The position numbers and the translations under genes are program-made. Shown one piece after another: positions 40,976-50,787 of a DNA stretch of 64,000 nucleotides. Source of the DNA: Acidobacteriota bacterium (GTDB lineage Bacteria; Acidobacteriota; UBA6911; RPQK01; JAJDTT01); contig CBDCJH010000002.1 in the NCBI GenBank assembly GCA_965217775.1, forward strand, positions 1,088,001 to 1,152,000. Direction: 5' to 3'. How positions within the stretch are numbered: the first letter of the stretch is position 1; the number at the start of each line of letters is the position of its first letter. The notes beneath the pieces were generated by a model, which saw only the letters and a program-made list of their open reading frames with translations, was not told the origin of the DNA and searched no databases.

Positions 40976-42324
40976 GTGGCGCCGAAAAGCTCCCGGATCG
41001 GATCCACCCCGATTTCCACCACGGGAACGGGCCGGCTGCCCGGTCCGTCCAGCTCGGTGTGAACGCTGATCCCCAGGGCGTGATACAGGCTGGCCAGAAT
41101 TTCCATGGGTTGCACGGGCCGGTCCCTCGGTTCGCTGGCCGTGCGGTCGGAGGAACCGATGACCTGTCCCCCTGCGACGCCTCCGCCGGCCAGGATGAGC
41201 GTGCCGCAGGCCGGCCAGTGATCCCGCCCTCCAGCCGGATTGATCTTGGGGGACCGGCCGAACTCTCCCATGGCCACCACCAGGGTCTGCTCCAACAGAC
41301 CCCGCTGCTGGAGGTCTTCCAGCAGGGAAGAGAAGGCCTGGTCGAACATGGGCCCGAGGGTGTCGAGCGCGCTCAGGGAGGTGAAGGGCGCTTGGCCATG
41401 AATGTCCCAGGATCCGGCCAGATCGTCGAACATGTTGACCGTCACGAAGCGGACGCCGCGCTCCACGAGCCGGCGGGCCAGGAGGCAGCTCTGGCCGAAC
41501 CGGTTCATGCCATAGCTCTGCCGAAGCGGGTCCGGTTCCCCGGTCAGGTCGAAGGACTGGCGGGCCTGGCGGGAGGAGACGATCCGGTAGGCCTGGGAAA
41601 AATTGGCGTCCAGGAGCCGGCTCTCGGCACAATTCTCTTCGAAATCGAGGAAGCTCCGGTCGATGAGCCGGCGGAACGAAATCCGTCTCCGGGCTCGAAC
41701 CGCCGAGATGTAGTCGGGCGGCCGGAGGTCCCGGACCCTAAAGGAAGGGTCGGAAGGGTCCGAGTCGATGACGAAGGGCTCGTGGGTCTTGCCCAGGAAG
41801 CCGGGCCCCTGGCCCTTGTCCGGCCGGTAGGGGAGCAGGATGTGTGCCGGCAGGTCGCCCCGGGCTCCTTTCAGCTTGTCGACGACACAACCCGGATGGG
41901 GATACTGGATTCCGGGGAGCGGCGGCCGTCCGGTCTGCATCCAGGTCTTGGCCTGGGGATGGGCCGGATTGGTGTGGTAGCAGGAGCGGATCAACGCGAA
42001 CTTGTCGGCGTGCCGGGCCATTTGGGGAAACAGCTCGGTGATCCGGATCCCGGCCACGTTGGTGGCAATGGGCTTGTAGGGTCCCCGAATCTCGGCCGGA
42101 GCATCCGGCTTCGGGTCCCAGGTGTCCATTTGGGGAGCGCCCCCTTCCAGGAAGAGAAGAATGCAGTTCACGTCCTTGTCGGGAGTGGTCCGGCCGGCGG
42201 CCCGGAGTTCCATGAAGCCCGGTAGAGTGAGTCCCAGGAAGGCCAAAGATCCCGCGTGCAGAAAATCCCTGCGATGAACTTCCTGACAGAGATGAGGAGT
42301 TGAGGGGCCGTCAAGTCGAAGCAT
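40972..42324 (-). CDS. DUF1501-domain protein
   Basis: RRDFL..G, LFLEGG.PQMDTWDPKPDAP, YG...FGQSCLLARRLVERGVRFVTV, WDIH, GEFGRSP.IN, GRDHW. Confidence 0.93.
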   Translation of the reverse strand: MLRLDGPSTPHLCQEVHRRDFLHAGSLAFLGLTLPGFMELRAAGRTTPDKDVNCILLFLEGGAPQMDTWDPKPDAPAEIRGPYKPIATNVAGIRITELFPQMARHADKFALIRSCYHTNPAHPQAKTWMQTGRPPLPGIQYPHPGCVVDKLKGARGDLPAHILLPYRPDKGQGPGFLGKTHEPFVIDSDPSDPSFRVRDLRPPDYISAVRARRRISFRRLIDRSFLDFEENCAESRLLDANFSQAYRIVSSRQARQSFDLTGEPDPLRQSYGMNRFGQSCLLARRLVERGVRFVTVNMFDDLAGSWDIHGQAPFTSLSALDTLGPMFDQAFSSLLEDLQQRGLLEQTLVVAMGEFGRSPKINPAGGRDHWPACGTLILAGGGVAGGQVIGSSDRTASEPRDRPVQPMEILASLYHALGISVHTELDGPGSRPVPVVEIGVDPIRELFGAT

Positions 42325-42387
42325 TGGTCCAACTCCCAAGTCTAGACTCTAATCCTGCTTGGGGGAAGTCGCCGGAACGTCAGCATC

Positions 42388-42484
42388 GGAGCGGCGGTTT
42401 CCAACCGCCGAACTCCGGACGAAGCATGGGGGACGGGCGCATGGGGGAATAAGGAGAAATAGGCGACTGGAAATCGCGCCACCA
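42388..42484. repeat. inverted REP-like pair
   Basis: GGAGCGGCGGTTTCCAACCGCCG followed by GGCGACTGGAAATCGC. The latter is the exact reverse complement of a palindrome in the 34245 array. Confidence 0.7.
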
Positions 42485-42571
42485 CGCCGCCACGACATGT
42501 CCTTCGGAAACCGCCATGGGACAGAGCAGTCCCAGCGTCCCCATGCTATGATCCCCGCCGGGAGAGACGGC

Positions 42572-44074
42572 ATGAAATTGATTTCCAGCTTCTGCTTGGC
42601 GGTTTTCCTTGGAGGCGTTCTGTTACCGGGGGTCGCCTGTGCTCCGGGTTCCGAAGCGGATCCTCCCATCCGGCTGGACGATCGGGTCCAACTGTTCGTC
42701 GATGACCAGCTCATCGAGCGGATGGACCAGGTCTGGCGGAGTCTGGGCCGGGGAGGAAAAGTGGCCGGGAACCCCCTGATCCGGTCCGACCGGCCCTGGG
42801 AGGGTTATCTGATACTTCAACCGGGAAGCGTTATCTACTCTCCGGAAAAGAAGATTTTCGAGATGTGGTACAACACGCTGCCCCGGACCGGTGAAGCCGA
42901 CATCGAGCAGTTCGTCTGTTACGCCACCTCCAAGGACGGGATCCGGTGGGAGAAGCCGGAGTTGAATCACCTGGAGTTCCGCGGCTCCAAGGCCAACAAC
43001 ATCGTCCTGCGCTGGAACAACTGGAACCATTCGGTGATCCTGGACCCGCAGGATCCGGACCCCGCCCGCCGCTACAAGATGGGCTATTGGCAGACCAAGG
43101 AACGGGAACGTTGCGGCATCTGGGCCGCCTTCTCGCCCGACGGCATCCGCTGGACCGATTACGAAAAGAATCCGGTGGTGCCCTGCTGGGCGACGGGAGA
43201 CACCTTCGCGGTCATGCGGGACCCCGTCTCCCGGCAATACTGGCTCTATCACAAGACCAATCCCGGAGGTCCCAGAAAGGTGTCGCGGCTGGTCAGCGAC
43301 GACTTCATTCATTGGACCGACGATCGCCTGGTCCTGGAGCCGGACATCCACGACCGTCCCGGAACCGAGTTCTACGGGCTATCAGCCTTCCCCTACGGCA
43401 GCCAGACTTTGGGGCTGCTCTGGGTCTTTCATACCAACATCCAGACCATGGATGTCCAACTGGTCTCCAGCCGCGATGGCGTCGAGTGGGACCGGAGCGT
43501 GTACCGGCGGCCCCTGGTCTACCTGGGCTACCAGAGGAACGAGTATTCGGGAAAGAGCTTCGACAGCGGGATGATCTGGCCCATTACGGCTCCCGTGGTC
43601 AAGGATGGAATGGTCTGGATCTACTACTCCGGGTTCGACAATCTCCACAACGCCCCGTCGGAGGATCACACGGGAGAAATTGGATTGGCCCGCTTGCGCC
43701 AGGACGGCTTCGTCGCCCTCGACGCTACTGCCGAAGGCTCCGTCGTGACCCGGCCCGTGCAGTTCCCGGGGAGCACGCTCCAGGTCAACGCCCGTCTCCT
43801 GAAGAGGGAGGGGGACGCGTCGACGGCGCCGGGAGAAGTGACCTTCAACGACAGTCCCAACCAGGAAGGTTATCTGAAGGTGGAGGTCCAGGACGTCGCG
43901 GGCAAAGCCATTCCCGGTTACGAAGCCGACAGTTCCAGTCTGGCCCCCGCGGAGGGGGTCTACTCCAAGGTCTCCTGGGAGGGAAAGGAGAGCCTGGAGG
44001 AGCTTCAGGATCGGCCGGTTCGATTGAAGTTCATTCTGAGCCGAACCCGCCTATATTCCTTCCAAATCAACTGA
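42572..44074 (+). CDS. secreted five-bladed beta-propeller glycoside-hydrolase-like protein
   Basis: Signal peptide; QLFVDD, YATSKDGIRWEKP, SPDGIRW, SRDGVEW, LRQDGFV motifs. Confidence 0.8.
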   Translation: MKLISSFCLAVFLGGVLLPGVACAPGSEADPPIRLDDRVQLFVDDQLIERMDQVWRSLGRGGKVAGNPLIRSDRPWEGYLILQPGSVIYSPEKKIFEMWYNTLPRTGEADIEQFVCYATSKDGIRWEKPELNHLEFRGSKANNIVLRWNNWNHSVILDPQDPDPARRYKMGYWQTKERERCGIWAAFSPDGIRWTDYEKNPVVPCWATGDTFAVMRDPVSRQYWLYHKTNPGGPRKVSRLVSDDFIHWTDDRLVLEPDIHDRPGTEFYGLSAFPYGSQTLGLLWVFHTNIQTMDVQLVSSRDGVEWDRSVYRRPLVYLGYQRNEYSGKSFDSGMIWPITAPVVKDGMVWIYYSGFDNLHNAPSEDHTGEIGLARLRQDGFVALDATAEGSVVTRPVQFPGSTLQVNARLLKREGDASTAPGEVTFNDSPNQEGYLKVEVQDVAGKAIPGYEADSSSLAPAEGVYSKVSWEGKESLEELQDRPVRLKFILSRTRLYSFQIN

Positions 44075-44086
44075 ATTGAAGGGACG

Positions 44087-46519
44087 TTGCTAGCGGCGAA
44101 CGTAATCCCCTCCCGGGTGCTCCGGAGCTTGGGGACCCTGACTCTGGTTCTGGGCTTCACTCTGACCAAGGACGGTGCGAAAGCGTCCGGCCGCACTTGC
44201 ACGGCGGACGTTCGCATCACGTCTCCCCTTCCATTCGGCCAGATTCCCATCGACCCCTGGATCGACTTCTCCTCCCTGGCCGGAGAGGCCGGAGTCGACG
44301 GTGTGCTGGATCCCAACTCGATCCAGGTCGTGGACGCGATGTCGGGGGCCCCTGTGCCTCATGCCCTGAGCCGCGACTTCCACCACGGACAGCAGGGACG
44401 CGTCCAGTGGGTGGTGGAGGACCCGGAGCACAGAGACTACCGGATCCGGTTTCGGGTGAGTCCCGGCCGTCCGCCGCTGAAACCGCGTCCTTACGTCCCC
44501 ATGATCGGCACCGGCGACCTGCTTCGCTACAACGCGGGGGAACCGAAACCCATATCGCTTCCCATCCTGGGCGCCCTGGTGGACCTGACGGGAGACGGCA
44601 AGCGGGATCTGGTCGGAACGGGCATTTACACCTATTCGCCCGACCGTCCGCCTGGAGGAATCGTCTGCTACCCCCGGGTCGGTGATACCGGCGACTTCCG
44701 GTTCGGGGACCCCGTGGCGATCCGGTACCTGGAGGAGTCCGGTTCTTCGGAACCGCGGCATCTGCGGGCCGGTTACCTCCACTTGGACGCCGGAGACCTG
44801 AACGGCGACGGCCTGGTCGACCTGGTCTATGCCTCGCCCGCCGACGGCTCTCATCAGAATCCCCGCAGCGCAGGAGGTTGGATCGTCTTCCTCCTCAACA
44901 CCGGACGACGTGACGACGGAGGACTTCCCATCTTCCGGGACTTCGGCCGCATCTCCCGTCCCCGGGACTGGTGGGGGCCGGTACGCATCGTGGACCTGGA
45001 CCGGGACGGTGTTCTCGACCTGGTGGTGGGGTCCATGTTTCAAGGCAACCGAATTCCTCCCGACGGCCGCGGTTACTTCATTCGGAATACCAATCCCGGA
45101 GGCTGGCCGTTTCAGCCCGCAACTCCCGTTCGAATCGATCCGGGCGTGAGAGCCAGTTTCCAGGACCTGGACGGCGACGGTCTGCCGGACAGTGTCTGCT
45201 TGGTTCATGATCCCGAATCCGAAAGGAAAAAGTACTTCAAGCGGGTGGCCTGGCGCCGGAACCTGGGCGGGACGGTTCCCCGCTTCGGTCCTCCCCGCCT
45301 ACTGGAGCAGATAGACGTCCGGGCCGCCTTTTTCACCGCGTCCGTGCCCTCGGGTCCGCGCCGGGGAGTGCTGGTAGCCTACGATCACTTCCGAAAGTTG
45401 GCTTTCTTCGAGCAGGTTCGAAGTGGTCCCGGAAAGGAACCGGCTTTCCGCCGCCAGGAGGCGCTGTCGCTTTCCGCTCACGCGATCCTGGGAGAACAGT
45501 CCACGCCCTATCCCTGCGACTGGGACGGAGACGGGGACTGGGACCTGCTGGCCGGCGACGGATTCGGCTTCGTGCGAGTCCTTATCAACCAGGGTTCCGG
45601 CACCCGGCCCGTCTTCGTCCGGGAGCAGCCGGTCCGGTCCCAGGGAGAGCCGATCCGCCTCTTCATGAGCCAAGTCTTTCCCGGCTTGGAGGAATACGGC
45701 CACAACATGGGGTACACGCACCCAGTCTACATCGACTGGGACGGAGACCAACTGCCGGACCTGATGCTGCCCAACCTCACCAACCGGATCTACTGGTACC
45801 GGAACGTCGGCACCCGGAGCCGGCCCCGGTTCGGGCCGCGGCTCCAGGTTTTGTGCGAGGGGTATCCCGACGGAAAGGAACTCCTGGCCGCGACCGCCAA
45901 GCTCCTGGGCGCCGGCACCCGGCAGTGGAAGAAGCGGGTTCCCAACCGTCACCAGCCGTTCCGCTGGCGGGCCCGGGCCGCCTTCGACGATCTGGACGGG
46001 GACGGTCTCACCGATCTGGTCACGGCCGCCGCCGTCACCCGGGAGGCCCACCTGTTCCAGCGGTTCCAGGACCGGGAGGGTTCCCTTCGGCTCCGGGACG
46101 ACGGACCCTTTCGCCTCCCCGATGAGGACACCATCCAGGGAGTCGATTTCCAGCCGACCCAGTTCTTCCTGGTGGACTGGAACGGGGACGGCCTGCTGGA
46201 CCTCTTCTTCAATGAATGCTGGCGCAAGTCGGGCGAATGGGACCACAATCCGACCCGGCCTCTCATCTATCCCAACGTCGGCACCCGGACCGAACCGCGC
46301 TTCGGCCGGCCCCTGGTTCTGGCCCTCTTCGGCAAACCGTTGGAAGGGCTCGCCTCACACGGTCCCTACTACGGCTTTCGGGACCTGGACGGAGACGGCA
46401 AGCCCGACATTCTGGCCTCTCCCGAAATGGGGACGTATTTTTTCTACCGGCACACGGCGCTGGAACTGGACTCCCGCCCCACCGTCCGATTGGGCCGGGC
46501 TATCGAGTTGGAACGTTGA
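44087..46519 (+). CDS. FG-GAP/VCBS repeat protein
   Basis: Many DxDGDGxxDL Ca-binding blades and NVGT..P.F motifs. Confidence 0.88.
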   Translation: MLAANVIPSRVLRSLGTLTLVLGFTLTKDGAKASGRTCTADVRITSPLPFGQIPIDPWIDFSSLAGEAGVDGVLDPNSIQVVDAMSGAPVPHALSRDFHHGQQGRVQWVVEDPEHRDYRIRFRVSPGRPPLKPRPYVPMIGTGDLLRYNAGEPKPISLPILGALVDLTGDGKRDLVGTGIYTYSPDRPPGGIVCYPRVGDTGDFRFGDPVAIRYLEESGSSEPRHLRAGYLHLDAGDLNGDGLVDLVYASPADGSHQNPRSAGGWIVFLLNTGRRDDGGLPIFRDFGRISRPRDWWGPVRIVDLDRDGVLDLVVGSMFQGNRIPPDGRGYFIRNTNPGGWPFQPATPVRIDPGVRASFQDLDGDGLPDSVCLVHDPESERKKYFKRVAWRRNLGGTVPRFGPPRLLEQIDVRAAFFTASVPSGPRRGVLVAYDHFRKLAFFEQVRSGPGKEPAFRRQEALSLSAHAILGEQSTPYPCDWDGDGDWDLLAGDGFGFVRVLINQGSGTRPVFVREQPVRSQGEPIRLFMSQVFPGLEEYGHNMGYTHPVYIDWDGDQLPDLMLPNLTNRIYWYRNVGTRSRPRFGPRLQVLCEGYPDGKELLAATAKLLGAGTRQWKKRVPNRHQPFRWRARAAFDDLDGDGLTDLVTAAAVTREAHLFQRFQDREGSLRLRDDGPFRLPDEDTIQGVDFQPTQFFLVDWNGDGLLDLFFNECWRKSGEWDHNPTRPLIYPNVGTRTEPRFGRPLVLALFGKPLEGLASHGPYYGFRDLDGDGKPDILASPEMGTYFFYRHTALELDSRPTVRLGRAIELER

Positions 46520-46525
46520 AAACGG

Positions 46526-48208
46526 ATGCGCGTTTCTGAAAAACACCCACATCACTCCCGGAAGCCGATCGTCGCCGGACGCAGGGCTCTCCGGACGCTC
46601 CTGTGGATCCTTCTCGGAGTCTCACTGGGCGAGGCCTCGTCTCCGCCCCGTCCCAACATCATCCTGATCATGGCGGACGATCTGGGCTACTCCGACCTGG
46701 GTTGCTACGGAAGCGAGATCCGAACCCCGAATCTGGACCATCTGGCTCGCAACGGGCTTCGCTTTTCCCAGTTCTACAACAACGCCATCTGTCCCGCCAG
46801 CCGGGCGTCGCTGCTCAGCGGACTCTACTCCCAGCAAGTGGGAAGCAGCCGATTCCTGGGATGCGTCACCTTGGCGGAAGCGCTCCGGGCCGCCGGGTAC
46901 CGGACCCTCATGTCGGGCAAGTGGCACCTGGACGGCCATCCCTTGAAACGGGGTTTCGAGCGTTACTACGGACTCCTGACGGGGACCTGCAACCACTTCA
47001 ATCCGGGTCGGCGCAGACCGGGAGAGCCGGAACCGGGCAAGAAATTCCCCGGCGACGATCAACCCTTTTCTGTCGACGGGAAGGTGATCCGCCCCTACAC
47101 GCCGGAAGATCGCCGCTTCTACAGCACCGACGCCTTCACCGATCGCGCCATCCGCTACCTGGAGCAGTACGGCCGGGAGGACCGCCCCTTCTTCCTCTAT
47201 CTCGCCTATACCGTGCCCCACTACCCACTCCATGCCTGGCCTGAAGACATCGCCCGCTACCGGGGCCGATTCATGGCCGGTTGGGATGCTCTCCGCCGGG
47301 AACGCCACCGGCGTCTGGTCCGGGAGGGGCTGATCCCGGAGCAATCCGAGCTTTCCGCGCGCAGTTCCCACTCCCCCGCCTGGGACGAAGTGGCGGACAA
47401 ACAGGCCTGGGATCTCAAGATGGCGGTCTATGCCGCCATGGTGGACCGCATGGACCAGAACATCGGCCGCCTTCTGGAGACCGTGCGTGCACTGGGCAAG
47501 GAGAGCAACACCCTGGTTCTGTTCCTCTCCGACAACGGTGCCAGCGACGAGGACCGCACCCGGACCCCCGACCTGCCGCCCGGTCCGGTGGAATCCTACC
47601 GATCGGTGGATCTTCCCTGGGCCAATCTCAGCAACACGCCATTTCGCCAATTCAAGCGATGGAATCACGAAGGGGGCATCGCCACGCCCCTGGTGGCCTA
47701 CTGGCCCCGGGGCATCGCGCAGCCGGGAAGGGTCAGTTCGGAAGTCGGCCACCTCATCGACATCATGGCCACCTGTCTGGAGGTTGCGGGAGCCGACTAT
47801 CCGTCGGAGGTCAACGGGATGAAGATCCCGCCGCTCGAGGGCCGGAGCCTGCTTCCCATCTTCCGGGGAAAAACCCGCGCGGGCCATGAGACGCTCTTTT
47901 GGAATCAGCGGGGCCTCTGGCGGGCGGTCCGGCAGGGAAGGTGGAAACTGGTCTCTCCCGATCATTGGATTCGCTACGAGCCCTGGCGGCAGGCGGGGTC
48001 GGACAAGACGGTCCCACCAACCCCGGGGGATCGGGAAGAACTGTGGCAACTCTACGACATGGATTCCGACCGCACCGAGGAGCGAGACCTCTCGTCCCGC
48101 TATCCGGACCGCGTGAAGGCAATGGGCCGTCTCTATAAAGCGTGGAATCAGAGGGTTTCGGAGGACTGGGAATCGGCCCTGGAAGGAGAAGTGAGAGTTG
48201 AGGAGTAA
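46526..48208 (+). CDS. arylsulfatase (formylglycine-dependent)
   Basis: RPNIILIMADDLGYSD, CPASRASLLSG (CxAxR variant), GKWHL, PHYPLHA, SDNG, EGGIATP. Confidence 0.93.
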   Translation: MRVSEKHPHHSRKPIVAGRRALRTLLWILLGVSLGEASSPPRPNIILIMADDLGYSDLGCYGSEIRTPNLDHLARNGLRFSQFYNNAICPASRASLLSGLYSQQVGSSRFLGCVTLAEALRAAGYRTLMSGKWHLDGHPLKRGFERYYGLLTGTCNHFNPGRRRPGEPEPGKKFPGDDQPFSVDGKVIRPYTPEDRRFYSTDAFTDRAIRYLEQYGREDRPFFLYLAYTVPHYPLHAWPEDIARYRGRFMAGWDALRRERHRRLVREGLIPEQSELSARSSHSPAWDEVADKQAWDLKMAVYAAMVDRMDQNIGRLLETVRALGKESNTLVLFLSDNGASDEDRTRTPDLPPGPVESYRSVDLPWANLSNTPFRQFKRWNHEGGIATPLVAYWPRGIAQPGRVSSEVGHLIDIMATCLEVAGADYPSEVNGMKIPPLEGRSLLPIFRGKTRAGHETLFWNQRGLWRAVRQGRWKLVSPDHWIRYEPWRQAGSDKTVPPTPGDREELWQLYDMDSDRTEERDLSSRYPDRVKAMGRLYKAWNQRVSEDWESALEGEVRVEE

Positions 48209-48428
48209 GAACTTCCGGTCTCGTTTTTTGGAATTTGTCCCACCCGACCCGTAGCGGTGACCCTTGTGGGTGCCCTCTTCCGTCCAATACAGGGCTAGAT
48301 GCGACCAATATGAAGATTCGGGGACTGGAGAGCCCCCGCTCCGGGGGAGAACTTTTGGTTCCGGCTACACCGGGTTGGGAACTTGGAAGTTTTGATTTCT
48401 CCCAGATGGGAGGCGTACGTATCACGCT

Positions 48429-50261
48429 TTGGTAAGTCTTTACGGAATATCTACTGAGAACGTTTCGAGATTCCTGACCGGAACGATCCGCCATCTTGTG
48501 TCCGTCCTCACGCTGGGGACCTGCCTGTTCGCCGGGATCCAGCTCGAACCCGAAGCGCCTCGATGGGGTCAGGACTTTTTCGTACGGATCACTCCGGAAT
48601 TCCCCCGGGGGCGGCTTTATCCAGACGATCGCGTGTTCGTCAACTTGTCGACTTGGCATCAAGATGTCCTCTCCACCGTCAACGAGAAGGCCGTTTGGGA
48701 CGGAGAGGCTTTCGTGGCTCGGGTGACGTTACCCGGTAACTGCGAATGGGCCTCAATCAGGATCCGGACACCGGAAAGGTTTTTTCGTGGCATGGGTTTT
48801 GCGCCTCGAACGGATGCCGGAGAAATGCCGCCCGGAACCCGGGTCATGGCGTCATGCAGACCGCGTACGGGCCTCTCGGCGTGTAACGAGGCCATCGACC
48901 GCGCCCTCACTGAGAACCCGGATCTGTGGTGGATCTACCCGAAGGTCTGGGGGCTGAGAGAAAGGGTCTTGAAGAATCTCGACAGCAATGAAGTCATTTC
49001 GCAGCTCCGCAGGATGGAGTCACACCAGAAGAGGCCATCACTGCTTCGGACCCTGTCTATGGGTTATTGGCTCGCAAAGCGGTCCGACCGCGCGTTTGAG
49101 AGTTTGACCGAACTCTGCACTCGGTTTCCTGGGTCGAGATACTCCGTCCAAGCGCTGAACGAAGCCATTTACTGGATTTCGACTCAGGGTTTGGACCCCT
49201 TGAGCGCTCGGTTGGAGAAACTGCAGGCGAAGGTCGTGAATGAGGCGCCGACCAACCCACGTCTGTGGAAGGACAGGAGATCCGTCCTCTGGCTCCGGAG
49301 CAATTCAATCGTGAGCCTGGACGCCATGCGCAGCCTGTTCGAAGCCTGGGTCAAAGAGGACCCGGTCGATCCCCGTCCCTATTTGCTGCTGGCGAACGCT
49401 CTGTCCAGGGAGGGGACCTCGGACGAAGAAGCCGGTCGACTCATCGACCGGTCCCTTGATCTCTATTACACGCCGCGAGCCTTTGTTGCCGACAAGCACC
49501 TGCGGGATCTCGCCTACAGGGTTCGCGCCCGGCTTCGGCTCCGGAACGGGGATGCCGAAGGGGCACTGGCCGACATCAAGATGGCTCAAGCAGACGAACG
49601 AGGCCGATCGGCGGAGGATCTCGAAATCGAGGCGGCAATCTGGAAAAGCATTGGCCATCTCCGCCGGTCCGAAGAGATCCTTGTGGACGCCTATCGAATG
49701 GGATCCGCGACGGCCGAGGAGCTGTTGAAGGACGCCTACGTGTCCCGCACCGGCGACAACTACGGTTTCAAGGATTACGTCATGACCCGGTTGACCGGCA
49801 ACATTCCGGAACCGGAACCCGCTCCGGAGATCGAAGGGACGACGCTGGACGGCATCGCTCTGACTTCCAGATCACTGAGGGGGAAGCCGGTGGTCGTAAA
49901 TTTCTGGTTTACCAGTTGCGGCCCTTGTATCAAGGAAATCCCCGATCTGAACGACTTGGCGGACGAGTTCGCAGGGAAGGCCCGATTTCTGGCATTCGCC
50001 ACCGATGACGCGGAACCGATCAGGCAGTTCCTGAAGGACCGTGAGTTCCGATACGAGATCGTTCCATCCTCCAGCCGGCTGGCACGGGCGTTCGGAGTAG
50101 AGGCCTACCCGAGCCACTACATCATCGACGGCGAAGGCAACATCGTCTGGAGCGCACTTGGTGCCGCCCCGAAAACCGTCCAGATCCTGGGAGACATACT
50201 GCAGAGGCTGTTGAGCGGAAAGCCGATTCCGGTGAAGGGTCCAAGACAACGGCGAGGGTAG
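48429..50261 (+). CDS. TPR-like protein with C-terminal TlpA/redoxin domain
   Basis: C-terminal LRGKPVVVNFWFTSCGPCIKEIP and YPSHYIID after helical repeats. Start uncertain (GTG 48498 possible). Confidence 0.8.
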   Translation: MVSLYGISTENVSRFLTGTIRHLVSVLTLGTCLFAGIQLEPEAPRWGQDFFVRITPEFPRGRLYPDDRVFVNLSTWHQDVLSTVNEKAVWDGEAFVARVTLPGNCEWASIRIRTPERFFRGMGFAPRTDAGEMPPGTRVMASCRPRTGLSACNEAIDRALTENPDLWWIYPKVWGLRERVLKNLDSNEVISQLRRMESHQKRPSLLRTLSMGYWLAKRSDRAFESLTELCTRFPGSRYSVQALNEAIYWISTQGLDPLSARLEKLQAKVVNEAPTNPRLWKDRRSVLWLRSNSIVSLDAMRSLFEAWVKEDPVDPRPYLLLANALSREGTSDEEAGRLIDRSLDLYYTPRAFVADKHLRDLAYRVRARLRLRNGDAEGALADIKMAQADERGRSAEDLEIEAAIWKSIGHLRRSEEILVDAYRMGSATAEELLKDAYVSRTGDNYGFKDYVMTRLTGNIPEPEPAPEIEGTTLDGIALTSRSLRGKPVVVNFWFTSCGPCIKEIPDLNDLADEFAGKARFLAFATDDAEPIRQFLKDREFRYEIVPSSSRLARAFGVEAYPSHYIIDGEGNIVWSALGAAPKTVQILGDILQRLLSGKPIPVKGPRQRRG

Positions 50262-50380
50262 TCCTTCGGCACTACCGCAGTATCGAAGTAGAGGGTTTCG
50301 GCGAACCCATTTCCGGGCGGCGTTCCAACCTTGGATTCCACAGTGACTTCTCGACTTGATTTTCAAAACCAGATTTTCGG

Positions 50381-50415
50381 TTGAAATAAGGTATATACCG
50401 TACTATCCTATACGT
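50381..50415 (+). promoter_or_regulatory. putative leaderless sigma-70 promoter with palindromic operator upstream of blaI-like gene
   Basis: TTGAAA-17 nt-TATCCT-6 nt-ATG, no SD sequence. Palindrome GGTATATACC at 50390-50399 in the spacer. Confidence 0.55.
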
Positions 50416-50787
50416 ATGTCTAAATCCTTAAGTCGTCAGGAACTGGAGATCATGAAGCTGATCTGGCGTCTGGACAAGGAAGAGGTCACTGTGCGCGACG
50501 TCTACGAAGAACTGCGCCTGTGGCGCCGGATTGCGTACACGTCGGTCATGGGCACCATGCAGAACCTGGACCGAAAAGGATTCCTGCGGAAGTGGAAGCA
50601 GGGTAGAGCCCACATCTACCAGCTCACCCGTCCGCGGGAAGAAGTGATCCGGGAGGTGGTGTCGGATCTGGTGGAGCGGGTGTTCGGAGGGTCCAGCGAG
50701 GCTCTGATGCTGCATCTGGTCCGGCGCCACGATATCTCCCGAGACAAGCTCCGGGAACTGGAAGAAATGATCGAGGAAGGGGAATGA
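50416..50787 (+). CDS. BlaI/MecI/CopY-family transcriptional repressor
   Basis: LSRQELEIMKLIW, TVRDV, AYTSV..M.NL..KG, GRAHIY, VFGGS. Confidence 0.93.
   Translation: MSKSLSRQELEIMKLIWRLDKEEVTVRDVYEELRLWRRIAYTSVMGTMQNLDRKGFLRKWKQGRAHIYQLTRPREEVIREVVSDLVERVFGGSSEALMLHLVRRHDISRDKLRELEEMIEEGE

Noticed and set aside
40976-41632. N-terminal extensions of ORF calls (38510-41632, 32185-33489, 34208-36094, 5725-7287, 42359-44074)
   Set aside because: Extensions overlap other genes, repeats or non-coding RNA. Downstream starts with RBS or signal peptides fit better.
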